A stretch of 64,000 nt of DNA. It comes from a virus. The notes under the pieces are model-generated. The model did not search any database. It worked only from the letters and a program-made list of their open reading frames with translations, and was not told where the DNA came from. The translations under genes were made by a program, and so were the position numbers. The stretch lies in UHGV virus genome UHGV-0310767; one strand, given 5' to 3'. Positions 38,340 through 48,426 of this stretch are shown here, piece by piece; the stretch's first letter is position 1, and every line of letters starts with the position of its first letter.

Positions 38340-39146
38340 CTCCTTTTAGTCTATTTTATTTTAATAATAACAGAATATAATATAAATGTCAATATGTAAT
38401 TTTTTATTATATATTTTATATTATATGTATATTAATTAAATATATGTATAATAATTATATAATATTATAAAATATATAAATATAATATAATTAATAATAA
38501 TTTATATTTAATTAATATTGTTATTACTAATTCCCCAAAATATTTGTATTGTTATTTTAGTTTTTTTGCAAGCAAAAAAACCAAATAACGAAAACAAATA
38601 TTTTTTCAATTGATATAATTAATATTTTTTATAAACATAAATTCACAAATTTCTTGGTTTTATATATAATAATAGTTATCTATAAACAATTACTAATATA
38701 AATTTATATAACTCTTTCCACTTCGTTACAAGAGTTATATAAATTTCTAAAGTAATTGTAATTATATCTAATTATTATTATATATAAAACAGAAATTTAT
38801 AAATTTATATAAAAAATATTAATTATATCAATTGGATAGGGGTATTTTTTATATAATAATTATATAATTAATAATATATAATATATATTATTTATATTAT
38901 TAAATATATTATATATTATTATATTTTATAATAATATTTATATATTATATTTTATATATAGTATATAGTATTACCTCCGAATTTTTTCTTATACCGTTAT
39001 TTTTTAAAAAATTTTTTATGTAATAAAAACAATTAATAAAATTAGTATAAAATGTCTTTATTTTTTAATATTAAAATATATATTGACAAAATTGTATATA
39101 TAATATATAATACAATCATCACAAGAAATATTAAGAAAGGGACAAT
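38340..39146. other. ultra-AT-rich (about 10 percent GC) divergent intergenic region with perfect inverted repeats; candidate origin or switch region
   Basis: 16-bp perfect IR aatttatataactctt (38701-38716) / aagagttatataaatt (38730-38745), 13-nt spacer; palindrome tttttttgc-aa-gcaaaaaaa (38561-38580); many (ATATAAT)n-like repeats. Confidence 0.4.
39083..39111 (+). promoter_or_regulatory. consensus sigma-A promoter for RNAP gene (TTGACA-N17-TATAAT)
   Basis: ttgaca 39083-39088, tataat 39106-39111; 35 nt before ATG 39147. Confidence 0.55.
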
Positions 39147-41642
39147 ATGCAAAATAGTAGAAGAAAAATATTTAAGATTTCTACAGAGAGATTAGCTTCT
39201 AACAATTGGGATATTAAGTTAGACCAAAAATTAGCTGTAAGGTTAGATGAATTAGTAGATTTATTTGATAATCAGTCTTTTAGGTTGTTGGATATTATTT
39301 CCAAAGCTTACAAATCCAATCTTACAGATAAAGTGCTGGCAGTAGAAATATCTAAGAAAAAAGATTATGCCAGGGCTACTTCTCCAAAAGGCATTTATGT
39401 AAATGGTTTTAATTTCCAATGGTTTGTAGGAACTACAGGAGGATTGAAAAATGAAACTATTTTATTTGTTCGTTCTGACCTTTTAGGAGAATTAGACAAA
39501 AGATGTGAATGCGGCAGAAAAAAAGATTATAAACTGGTTCCTGCAAAGTATGAAGCTTATAAATCTCTTACTTGTTCTGCATCTTTAGAAATTGTGGAAC
39601 CTAGAGATGTACTTGTGGTTTCTGATTGTTTTGTTGATTTTTATGACAGTGTAATCAATATAGATGATACTAACAATGATGAACCAGAAGTAACAATATT
39701 GGAAAATATTTTACTTAAAAATAATGGCAGTGATGGTTTAAATTTATGTACGCCAGAATATATGCAGAGAGTAGCAGAAAAGCTTAAGTTAGATTATATT
39801 CCTGCTGGTGGTTGTTTAAGAAATGCGTGGCTTAAAGGAATGCTGTATGTGTTCGATATTCTTGATTTTGCTGAGAAAATAGCCCATACTTACGAAGTGA
39901 AAGATATTTGGGGGCATATTCATGATATTCGTAATGTGGATATGATTATTACAGAATCCAGTTTAAAGATTTGGGATAATTATGATAGTTGGGAAGATTA
40001 TCATAGCAATTATATAAAAAATGGTTATCGTTTTGCCATGACTAAAGTTACACCTAAAGTTTTGGATGATGTAAGAGAAATAAATTATCAGTACTTACAA
40101 TCTTACGAATTGACAGATGAAGATATTAAAGAGTTGGCTAAACCTACTGTTGATTGGCTTAAGCAATCTTTGACTGGCGATTATGAACAAACTTTAAAAT
40201 TTCTGGGAATAAGTGAAAAAACAAAGAGTAATGATTATGCACAAGCATTATATCTTAATCCAGAAATGATGAAAGACCCTTATGTAATTGACAGAATTAA
40301 TAAAATGATAAAGAAAAAAATCAATAATGCTAAGATTGGTAAATTATTGGTTAATGGAAATTATCAGCTTGTAAGTGGCGACCCTTATGCTTTAATGCAA
40401 CATGTTTTTGGGTTAGAAGTTACAGGTCTTTTAGAAGCAAAAGAAGTTTATTCCAAATATTGGAATGATAAAGAAGATGCAGAAGAATTAGTATGTTTTC
40501 GTAGTCCTATGACAAGTCATAACAATATTCGTAAAATGAAAAGAATTAATAATGATACTGTGAATTATTGGTATCGTCATATGGATACTATATTTATTAT
40601 TAACAACAAAGATACGTTTTGTATGGCTATGAATGGTTGCGATTTTGATGGCGATGCTATTTATTCTACAAATAATAAAGTTTTATTGAGAAAGTATGTA
40701 GAATTATTAGCTATTCAGTGTGTTCAGCGTAAAGCCCAAAAACAAATTGTTACTAGGTCTATGATAAAAAAGAGCAATTACAAAGGATTGGGAAATGGGG
40801 TTGGTAAAATTACCAACGATGTATCCAGTATGATTGATATTCTCTTTGGGTTACAAAAGGGTACAATTGAGTACGAGACACTTTACAAACGTATTCTATG
40901 TGGTCAGCTATTCCAACAGAACGAATTGGATAAGTTGAAGGGAATCATTGCAAAAGATATGCCTAAAAACTGGTATATGAAAAATCATTGCCAAACAGAA
41001 TTAGATTTAGCTATTGTAGCTGATAAAAAGCCTTATTATTTTATGTATAATTATCCTGTCATTAAAAGAGATTATGATAATTACATTAAACATACAAGAG
41101 AAAAATGTTTAATGATATATGGATGTACTGTGGAAGAATTGAAAAATAAAGAAAATTTAACAAAAGAAGAAGAAGAATTTTTATATTGGTATAATGTTCA
41201 AATGCCAGTTAATTGTTCTCCATCTACAATGAATCGTTTATGTTGGTATATTGAATCTGAGTTTAATGGATATGTTACTCAACTAAAGAATCAAAATTTT
41301 GATTATTCTTTTTTAAAGAGTGATAAAGTTATTCGATATCCAAAAGCAAAAAAAGAAGAAATTGAAAAATTAGAAAAAGAATATGTACGCAGAATTAAAA
41401 ACTTTAAAATAATTGCTAAAGAAAATAATTTATCTGCCGAAGAAGCAAATAAAAAGACAGAAGTATTACAGCAGGAATTTAGAGATGAAGCAATAAAGAT
41501 TTGTTCTAATAAGTGGCAGTTAATGAATATAGTATTAGATTTATGCTATGGAAAGAATAAGAACAAATATTTTTGTTGGGCTGTTATTGGAGATTTAATA
41601 ATTGAAAAATTAAAAGAAGATGGAGAGAAAGAAAATGAATAA
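39147..41642 (+). CDS. YonO-like single-subunit two-barrel (DPBB) DNA-dependent RNA polymerase
   Basis: 831 aa (YonO about 840 aa); AMNGCDFDGDAIY carries the beta-prime-type DFDGD catalytic motif; first gene of late arm. Confidence 0.55.
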   Translation: MQNSRRKIFKISTERLASNNWDIKLDQKLAVRLDELVDLFDNQSFRLLDIISKAYKSNLTDKVLAVEISKKKDYARATSPKGIYVNGFNFQWFVGTTGGLKNETILFVRSDLLGELDKRCECGRKKDYKLVPAKYEAYKSLTCSASLEIVEPRDVLVVSDCFVDFYDSVINIDDTNNDEPEVTILENILLKNNGSDGLNLCTPEYMQRVAEKLKLDYIPAGGCLRNAWLKGMLYVFDILDFAEKIAHTYEVKDIWGHIHDIRNVDMIITESSLKIWDNYDSWEDYHSNYIKNGYRFAMTKVTPKVLDDVREINYQYLQSYELTDEDIKELAKPTVDWLKQSLTGDYEQTLKFLGISEKTKSNDYAQALYLNPEMMKDPYVIDRINKMIKKKINNAKIGKLLVNGNYQLVSGDPYALMQHVFGLEVTGLLEAKEVYSKYWNDKEDAEELVCFRSPMTSHNNIRKMKRINNDTVNYWYRHMDTIFIINNKDTFCMAMNGCDFDGDAIYSTNNKVLLRKYVELLAIQCVQRKAQKQIVTRSMIKKSNYKGLGNGVGKITNDVSSMIDILFGLQKGTIEYETLYKRILCGQLFQQNELDKLKGIIAKDMPKNWYMKNHCQTELDLAIVADKKPYYFMYNYPVIKRDYDNYIKHTREKCLMIYGCTVEELKNKENLTKEEEEFLYWYNVQMPVNCSPSTMNRLCWYIESEFNGYVTQLKNQNFDYSFLKSDKVIRYPKAKKEEIEKLEKEYVRRIKNFKIIAKENNLSAEEANKKTEVLQQEFRDEAIKICSNKWQLMNIVLDLCYGKNKNKYFCWAVIGDLIIEKLKEDGEKENE

Positions 41643-42357
41643 AATAGTAGTAAATGAAAAAAAGTATGTATTAGATGCTTTGAATGGTACTGAAAAACCT
41701 GATATTGGGTTTTATTCTTTTCTTAATTTGATATCTAAATATTATGCGGCTCAATGTGCTACAGTAGAAGAAACGATTTACAATGTAGACGAACAGATGA
41801 AAAAACTTTATAAAGAAGAATATTTAAAAGAAAAATGGTATGTGTATATTTCTGGAATATTCAAAAAGGTAAAAGAAGGAATTACCGGAATTAATGATAG
41901 AGAAGATGTGGTAGTTTACACATGGGATATGTGTCAAGTATTCAAAGGAGAAACCGACCAGGAACGTAAGCTATTGTTTTCAGCCTATGTTATAGCGCAT
42001 TACATGGGGTGTAACGGCTGGCTAAACACTAAGACCAGTAAAAGTATCGCTAACTGGTTTGAAATGGCTAATGTGGCTTGTACTGGCTCAGATAGGTTCC
42101 TTCTTTTAGGAGAGATGAAAAAGAAGGGATTAATAGAAATCACAAAAAAATGCGATAACTTAAATGTAAGGGTAAATATGCTTTCTGAGTATTTTGGAGA
42201 AACCCCGGTATTTAGAATCACTGAGTTAGAAAATTTAGGCAATCTATTAATAGCCACTTATAAGGATGGATATAAACAATGCAAGTGCGGCAGACTAATA
42301 AAAATTAATTCAAATAGACAGACCATGTGTAGATTTTGCGCTTCAAAAACCGTCTAA
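41635..42357 (+). CDS. hypothetical protein (C-terminal Cys cluster)
   Basis: start set to second ATG with GGAGAG RBS; C-terminal CKCGRLIKINSNRQTMCRFCASK. Confidence 0.4.
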   Translation: MNKIVVNEKKYVLDALNGTEKPDIGFYSFLNLISKYYAAQCATVEETIYNVDEQMKKLYKEEYLKEKWYVYISGIFKKVKEGITGINDREDVVVYTWDMCQVFKGETDQERKLLFSAYVIAHYMGCNGWLNTKTSKSIANWFEMANVACTGSDRFLLLGEMKKKGLIEITKKCDNLNVRVNMLSEYFGETPVFRITELENLGNLLIATYKDGYKQCKCGRLIKINSNRQTMCRFCASKTV

Positions 42358-42576
42358 AAATGAGGGAGATAGGAGAAATAAGTATGAAAAAATAGGAATT
42401 AGAGGGTGTTAAAAAAGATAATAAAAACTATTGAAAAAACATCCCTAAAAATTCAAATGACTTTGATTTGTTATAAGGGAGTAACAAAGAAACCAAAAGT
42501 GAATTGAGGATGTAAACTCACAATGAGTTACAATCCTTACACAGAATAAAAAAGAATTTAAAAGGAGATTAAGATT

Positions 42577-42933
42577 ATGGCAAAGAAAGTAATTAAGGTA
42601 ACTAACATGACTTCCGCAGAGATGGTAAAGGCTGTTGCGGCAAAATCTGGGGCTACTCAGGTTCAGACTAAGAATGTTCTGGATGCTATGGGTGAGGTTT
42701 GCCGGGAGTGTGCCGCCGCTGGTAAGCAGTTTAATCTGTTTGGATTCGGCAAGTTAAAGTTTGCTATCGTCAAGGGCAAACCTGAGAGAGAAGGAATTAT
42801 CAATCCCAGCACCGGGGAAATGGGTACTCTCCCAGCAACACCTTCTTATACGAAGCCTGTATTTAGGGTTTCTAAGAGTTTAGCAGACGAAATTAAAGAA
42901 TCCACCAAGGGCTGTCCGTTTGTCCAGGAGTAA
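42577..42933 (+). CDS. HU/IHF family DNA-binding protein
   Basis: 118 aa; GFGKLKF...REGINPSTGE...P.FR.SK.L matches HU/IHF arm; GC-rich. Confidence 0.75.
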   Translation: MAKKVIKVTNMTSAEMVKAVAAKSGATQVQTKNVLDAMGEVCRECAAAGKQFNLFGFGKLKFAIVKGKPEREGIINPSTGEMGTLPATPSYTKPVFRVSKSLADEIKESTKGCPFVQE

Positions 42934-42991
42934 TAATTTTTAAAAATAAATTTTAATTATTATTATTTTAATGTGAAGATTGGAGATTTTT

Positions 42992-43486
42992 ATGGCAAAG
43001 ACAGGAGCGTCTAAAGCGAATGCGTTGACCTTAAGAGAAATCTCTGACCGTTTAGCCGTTTCAGTGAAGAAGCAAGGAAAGAAAATAACTTCTGAAACGG
43101 CTAAACTTTGCTATTTGGCTTTTGTTGAATTGATGGCTGATGAAATAAAACACAATGGAAAGTTCAGTATTACCAATATAGGTAGTTTTGAAACTGAAAT
43201 GCGTGGAAGTTATACTAGGAATAGTTTTAATGTGCAGACCAGAGAATACACTTTAGAAACTGTTCCAGAAGTTGTAATGGTTAGATTCAGACCATCTCCA
43301 TATATAAAGGGATATATCAATAACAAAGAAGTTCCTTTAAGTATGGGCAGAAGGAATAGAGAAGTTGAGAAAGAGATAAAAAGAGGTAGCACCAGAAAAG
43401 AATTGCTGGAAAAAGAAATGAAAGCAAAAAAAAGGCAGAAATATGAGAAACTTATTCAACCTACAGAAGTTGAAGTAGATGATTAA
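42992..43486 (+). CDS. second HU/IHF-like protein with basic C-terminal extension
   Basis: N-terminal 100 aa follow the HU fold pattern (LTLREI...GKFSITNIGSFE...R..RN....E....V.FRPS..IK); ATG at 42992 with GGAG RBS. Confidence 0.5.
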   Translation: MAKTGASKANALTLREISDRLAVSVKKQGKKITSETAKLCYLAFVELMADEIKHNGKFSITNIGSFETEMRGSYTRNSFNVQTREYTLETVPEVVMVRFRPSPYIKGYINNKEVPLSMGRRNREVEKEIKRGSTRKELLEKEMKAKKRQKYEKLIQPTEVEVDD

Positions 43487-43646
43487 TTTCTCCTTAAACA
43501 TAGTTTTTAAAGTGAAGGTAAAATTAAGTTTGATAATTGAGTGTGGGTATAATGAAGATTCCGTCAGGAAAAGAGCCACTTAAGATTACAAACTTAATTT
43601 TACCTTCATTTTTTGACATTTTATTTTTAATACATAAATAAAAAGA

Positions 43647-44555
43647 ATGGAAGTGATTAAAATAGCCACGGTTGTTAAAAAAATTAGACCTATAACTGAT
43701 TCATATTGTATCAAGTGCAATAGACCATATCCTATAGAAGATTTTTATAAAAGTGATAATCCACATCACGTTACAGGAGTAATGCCCTATTGTAAGACTT
43801 GTACTAAGGTAATGTATCAGGATAATTTAAAAAGATTTAAAGATATAAGAAGTGCTTTATGGGTAACTTGTAGTGAGGTTGGTATACCTTTTATGGAAAA
43901 GGTTTATGACAATCTTATGGAAAAAGTAAATAAAGCTAGAGATGAAAAAGTTTTAACTGGTACATATAACTATTGGGGAAATTTTATTTCAAGTTATATG
44001 GCATTAAAGAAAAAAACTGATAAATGGGATAGCTTTGGTGTAACTGATGTAGACAAATCAGAAGCTATTGTAGACGTTAATCAAGAAAAATTAAGAAAAG
44101 AAAAACTCAAACAGTTTATTTTAGACTGGGGAGAACAAGATGAAGATGATTATGCTTATCTTGAGTATCGTTGGGATTTCTATACGGAAGATATAAATTT
44201 AACTCCCGCACAAGAGAGTTTGTATAGGAAGTTATGTATTTCTGAGTTAGATTATCGTAGAGCAAAAGAAAAGGATGAAACTGGAAAAGAACAGCAGGAA
44301 TCTATTCTTAAGCTTATGAAAACATTGAAAATAGATAACTTTACTCAGAAGAAGGAAAAAACACTTACAGAACAAATGCTGGAAAAACAGATTTGGGAGA
44401 TTGAGAACACTACCCCGGCTGAATGTGAAGATTTGAATAAATACAAAGATTTTTGTAATATTGAATCTGATTGGTTTAAGTATATTGTTTCTGCTGTTAA
44501 GAATTTGATTGCAGGAACTAAGGAATACCCTTTAATTCCAAAGAAACGTGATTAG
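43647..44555 (+). CDS. hypothetical protein (possible terminase small subunit by position)
   Basis: 302 aa; immediately upstream of terminase large subunit; N-terminal Cys4. Confidence 0.25.
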   Translation: MEVIKIATVVKKIRPITDSYCIKCNRPYPIEDFYKSDNPHHVTGVMPYCKTCTKVMYQDNLKRFKDIRSALWVTCSEVGIPFMEKVYDNLMEKVNKARDEKVLTGTYNYWGNFISSYMALKKKTDKWDSFGVTDVDKSEAIVDVNQEKLRKEKLKQFILDWGEQDEDDYAYLEYRWDFYTEDINLTPAQESLYRKLCISELDYRRAKEKDETGKEQQESILKLMKTLKIDNFTQKKEKTLTEQMLEKQIWEIENTTPAECEDLNKYKDFCNIESDWFKYIVSAVKNLIAGTKEYPLIPKKRD

Positions 44556-44566
44556 GAGGGTATAAA

Positions 44567-45140
44567 GTGAAAGAAGAAAATAATGAAGAAATTGAGTTGA
44601 TAAAACCAACTATAACTCAATTAATCGAAGAAAGAAAAAGGAAAAATTTAGAAAAGAGAAAAAGAAATCAGAAAAAACCATATGAGCAGAGAAGAAAAAA
44701 TATTATAGAATGGGCTACATTTTATAGACGAAATTGGAATCTTTATGCTGTTCATAGATTAATGATTTCTTTATATCCATTTCAGCATATTATGCTTTAT
44801 TTGATGGGTATAAGTAGTACCTTTTTTGCTATTTGTAGTAGAGGTTTGAGTAAAACATTTATTGTTGCATTAGGTGCTTTAATTCATGCTTTACTTTATC
44901 CTTATGCAGAAGTTGTTATTACTTCTTCTACAATACCACAGGCAAAGAAAATGGTAGAAAAGAAAATGGAGAATGAACTTTGTAAAAAACTTTCTCCTGT
45001 ATTACAATATTATTATGATAACGAAGATATAAAATTTTCGTATAATGATAATGAGATAAAAGTAGAAGTTAAGCCGACAAGTTCAACTATTTTAGTACTT
45101 CCTTGTTTGGACTCGGCTAGAGGTGAAAATAATTTTAGAA
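44567..45140 (+). CDS. terL: terminase large subunit, exon 1 (ATPase N-part with Walker A-like SRGLSKT); 3' boundary approximate
   Basis: GTG start with AGGAGGG RBS; reading frame runs into intron and stops at 45160. Confidence 0.55.
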
Positions 45141-46277
45141 GTGAAATATTATATAATTAAATCTTTAAGAGAGGAAAATATAATATAATGAGAAAAGAAT
45201 GGAATGATTCTGAAATAGAATTTATAAAAGATAATTTACAAAAGTTATCATTTGCTGAAATGGCTGTACATCTTAATAGAACAAGAAACTCAGTTCAATT
45301 AAAGTGTTCAAAAATGGGAATTAAAAAGGGTAGTAAGTATTTTTACAATAAAGATTATTTTGAAAAAATTGATAGCGAAGAAAAAGCTTATTGGTTAGGT
45401 TTTATTGCTGGGGATGGATATATAGTTAAAGCAGAAAGAAATGCTGAATTAGGCATAGAATTGAATGAAATAGATTATGAACATTTAAAGAAATTTAATA
45501 AATGTTTAAAAGGAAATGTTGAAGTTGGATTTAGGAAAAGATTTGATGAAAGAACTAAAAATGAGTATAAAATGTGTTTCATTAGATTTTATTCTAATAA
45601 ATTAGTTGACGATTTGATTAAATTGGGTATTACTCCTAATAAATCTTTATCTATTTGTTTTCCAACTATTCAACAAAAATATTATGTTCCATTTCTAAGA
45701 GGATATTTTGATGCTAATGGATGTATTTCATTTAATAAAAAAAGGAATTGTATAAGTTGTGATTATGCATCTGGTTCTATAGATATGATTAATTCTTTAA
45801 GAAAAATTTTATTTGAAGAATATGGAATAAATTCTTATATAATTCAAGAGAAAACTAAAACTATAAGACTTTATATTAAAGGAATGAAGAATGCTTTTAA
45901 TTTTTGTAATTTAATTTATAAAGATAGCAATATTCATTTACCTAGAAAATATAATAAGTTTTATTTGTTAACTAAAGAATGTAATATAGAACAAAGGATT
46001 AAATAAAAATAGAGTTGCACAACTCGCCTCTCTGGTTGGTGACAATCAGTAAAAATAAATTGGGAAAGAAATCTGGAAACCTGAAATGGTAATCAGAATG
46101 GAAGGATATGTGTAATAGCATATTCACATGCAGAGCGTAGACATTGAACCTGTTTGAATCAGAATATAATATGTCCAAGAGTTCCCAACCCTTTAAATAT
46201 AAAGGTGAAAAGGTACGCCGACCTTGCTAGAAATACAATAGCAAGAACTATGGGATAAAAAGCCTATAGGATAACAT
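45141..46277 (+). mobile_element. group I intron 1 in terL carrying a LAGLIDADG homing endonuclease gene; boundaries approximate (within about 50 nt)
   Basis: HEG with own RBS; downstream core has R-like cagagcgtagac (46131-46142) and S-like tataatatgtcc (46165-46176); in-frame stop at 46272 just before exon 2. Confidence 0.55.
45188..46006 (+). CDS. LAGLIDADG homing endonuclease (intron-encoded)
   Basis: 272 aa; LGFIAGDGYI and LRGYFDANGCIS motifs; GAGAGG RBS. Confidence 0.75.
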   Translation: MRKEWNDSEIEFIKDNLQKLSFAEMAVHLNRTRNSVQLKCSKMGIKKGSKYFYNKDYFEKIDSEEKAYWLGFIAGDGYIVKAERNAELGIELNEIDYEHLKKFNKCLKGNVEVGFRKRFDERTKNEYKMCFIRFYSNKLVDDLIKLGITPNKSLSICFPTIQQKYYVPFLRGYFDANGCISFNKKRNCISCDYASGSIDMINSLRKILFEEYGINSYIIQEKTKTIRLYIKGMKNAFNFCNLIYKDSNIHLPRKYNKFYLLTKECNIEQRIK

Positions 46278-47036
46278 TTGGAACGTGCAACTTTATTAAT
46301 ATATGAAGAATGCAGACTTTTGAAGAAAACTATAATTGATAGTGTTTTCCAAAAAATGGCACATCCACGTCAAGCTAAATTCTTAACTTTACCAGAATAT
46401 CAAGATGAAGATGGAAAACCACTGTCTCGATGGTTGGAGGAATGTAAATCAGTTTATATTACTTCTGCAAGATTTAAGATTGAATGGTTTTGGACAGAAT
46501 TTAAAAAAGTAGTTCAACAATGTATGATATCTTCAAAACATAAGTATAATTTCTTTGCTGGAAATATATTCTTGGCTATATTGTTTGGTTTGAAAACATG
46601 GCAGGATTATTACCATGCTAAAGAATTTGATGGTGAAATAGACCATAAAACAGAGGATTTGAATGAAATGATAGGAGAAGCCGATGGGGCATTCTTCTCT
46701 TTGGAATCGTTTAAAAAGAATCAAACTATTATTACTGCTTTTAAACCTCCTACTTTATTGGATTTATATTCTGATGTAGATTTAGGAAATAGGGTTAAGA
46801 AAGAAAATGAAAAACGTTTGATTTTTATTGACTACGCTTTTGCGAATACTACATCAAAATCTAAGAACGATAACAGTGTTATTGGTTGTATGTCTGTTAT
46901 TTTTAGAGATGATGGAAAAACTTTAAGAGAAATAGATTATATAGGTACTCACCCAGCAGGAGATAGTATAGGTTTCAACTTGAAAATTAGAGAATTTTTC
47001 TTTGATTATCAAGCTGACTATATTGTATTGGATTAA
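46278..47036 (+). CDS. terL: terminase large subunit, exon 2 (Walker B LLIYEE, C-motif ITSAR, start of nuclease domain IFIDYAF); 5' boundary approximate
   Basis: 252-aa ORF segment between two introns. Confidence 0.55.
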   Translation: MERATLLIYEECRLLKKTIIDSVFQKMAHPRQAKFLTLPEYQDEDGKPLSRWLEECKSVYITSARFKIEWFWTEFKKVVQQCMISSKHKYNFFAGNIFLAILFGLKTWQDYYHAKEFDGEIDHKTEDLNEMIGEADGAFFSLESFKKNQTIITAFKPPTLLDLYSDVDLGNRVKKENEKRLIFIDYAFANTTSKSKNDNSVIGCMSVIFRDDGKTLREIDYIGTHPAGDSIGFNLKIREFFFDYQADYIVLD

Positions 47037-48426
47037 TTCTGAGGTCCACTTTTATGGTGACATAAAATGAATAAATGTGTTGAATTGCTGGAAACCCCTA
47101 AAGCCACATGAACCACAACGTAAGTATGAAATAAGACTAAGCGTGATGGTGACGAAAGTAGAAAGAATCATGTGGATGGCATAAGGTTAAATCCTAAGTG
47201 CTTTAAAATGGGCAATCAGCCGCCAAGCTCTGAATAGGAGAAGGTTCAACGACTATCCCGCAAGGGAGTACACTGCAAGCGATTGGCAGTGGAAGTGGCA
47301 CACATCTTATGAAATTAAGATGAAGATATAGTCTGCTCTATATGGAAACATATAGTATCTAACGTGTAGCGGCGTTTTCTTAACTTATAAAAAGTAAATA
47401 AGACAGAGGGTAGCTCCCTTTTCTTGTACTGCAATACAGGATTATTATTTACTTTTTATCATATCTTTTTGCAGAAAGGTTTAAGGTAGAAATTATGAAA
47501 ATTTGGGAAGTAAATTCTAGTAAGCGTTTTAGTTTTGGTTGTATTTATTTATGGACTAATCTTATTAATGGTAAACATTATGTTGGACAGACAGTTAATT
47601 TTTATCAACGTATTCAACGATATAAGAAAGGTTTAATTAATTCTTATATGAAAGAAGATATTGATAAATATGGTATGGAAAATTTTAAAGTTGAAATATT
47701 GGAAAAAAATAGAAGATATTTCAAATGAAGATTTTCTTACTGAAAGAGAGCAATATTGGATGGATTATTATCAGTCTTATGATTTAGAAAAAGGCTATAA
47801 TATATTTGATGTTGCTGGCAATGTCTGTTATTTAAAACGTAGTGATACTATTAAAGAAAGATTTTGTGGAGAAGGAAATGGAATGTATGGTAAACATCAT
47901 TCTGATGAATGGAAACAAAATCATTCTGATTGCGTAAAAGGTTTGTGGGAAAAAGAAGAATATAGAAAAGTTCAGACAGAAAGGATGCAAGGAGAAAATA
48001 ATCCTATGTATGGGGTATCTTTAGATGGTGAGAAAAATGGAATGTATGGTAAACATCATTCTGATGAAACCAAAAGAAAGATAGCTGAAAGTAAAATAGG
48101 GAAAACTCATGCACCTACTCATTTTAAAAGAGTGAGATGTGTTGAAACTGGAAAAATCTATAATAGTCAGAGTGAAGCCGCACAAGAGTATGGCATAACT
48201 CAGGCCGCAATCAGTGCAGTTTGTAAAGGTAAAAATAAGACAGCCAAGAAAATGCATTGGGAATTTGTAGACTAATCTCAAAAATAGTAATAGAAACAAT
48301 ACAAGACTTAGAAATGGTGGTGAAGTAAACTATAATGACCTTACTACAATTCTTGAACATCCACAAAGAGATGAAAAGCATTGGAATAGTCATGGTTTTA
48401 CAGTTTCTTATGAAGAAAGATTACAT
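47037..48426 (+). mobile_element. group I intron 2 in terL carrying a GIY-YIG homing endonuclease gene; boundaries approximate
   Basis: canonical R element ggttcaacgactatccc (47242-47258) and S element gaagatatagtc (47332-47343) upstream of the HEG. Confidence 0.6.
47495..48275 (+). CDS. GIY-YIG homing endonuclease with NUMOD3-like repeats, split by a +1 frameshift at an A7 tract (47703-47709); possible pseudogene
   Basis: ORF1 CIYLWTN...KHYVGQT...R GIY-YIG core; ORF2 carries the EDISNEDFLTEREQYWMDYY...GYN continuation and GxxNGMYGKHHS NUMOD3 repeats; an A6 tract would make a single ORF. Confidence 0.65.
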
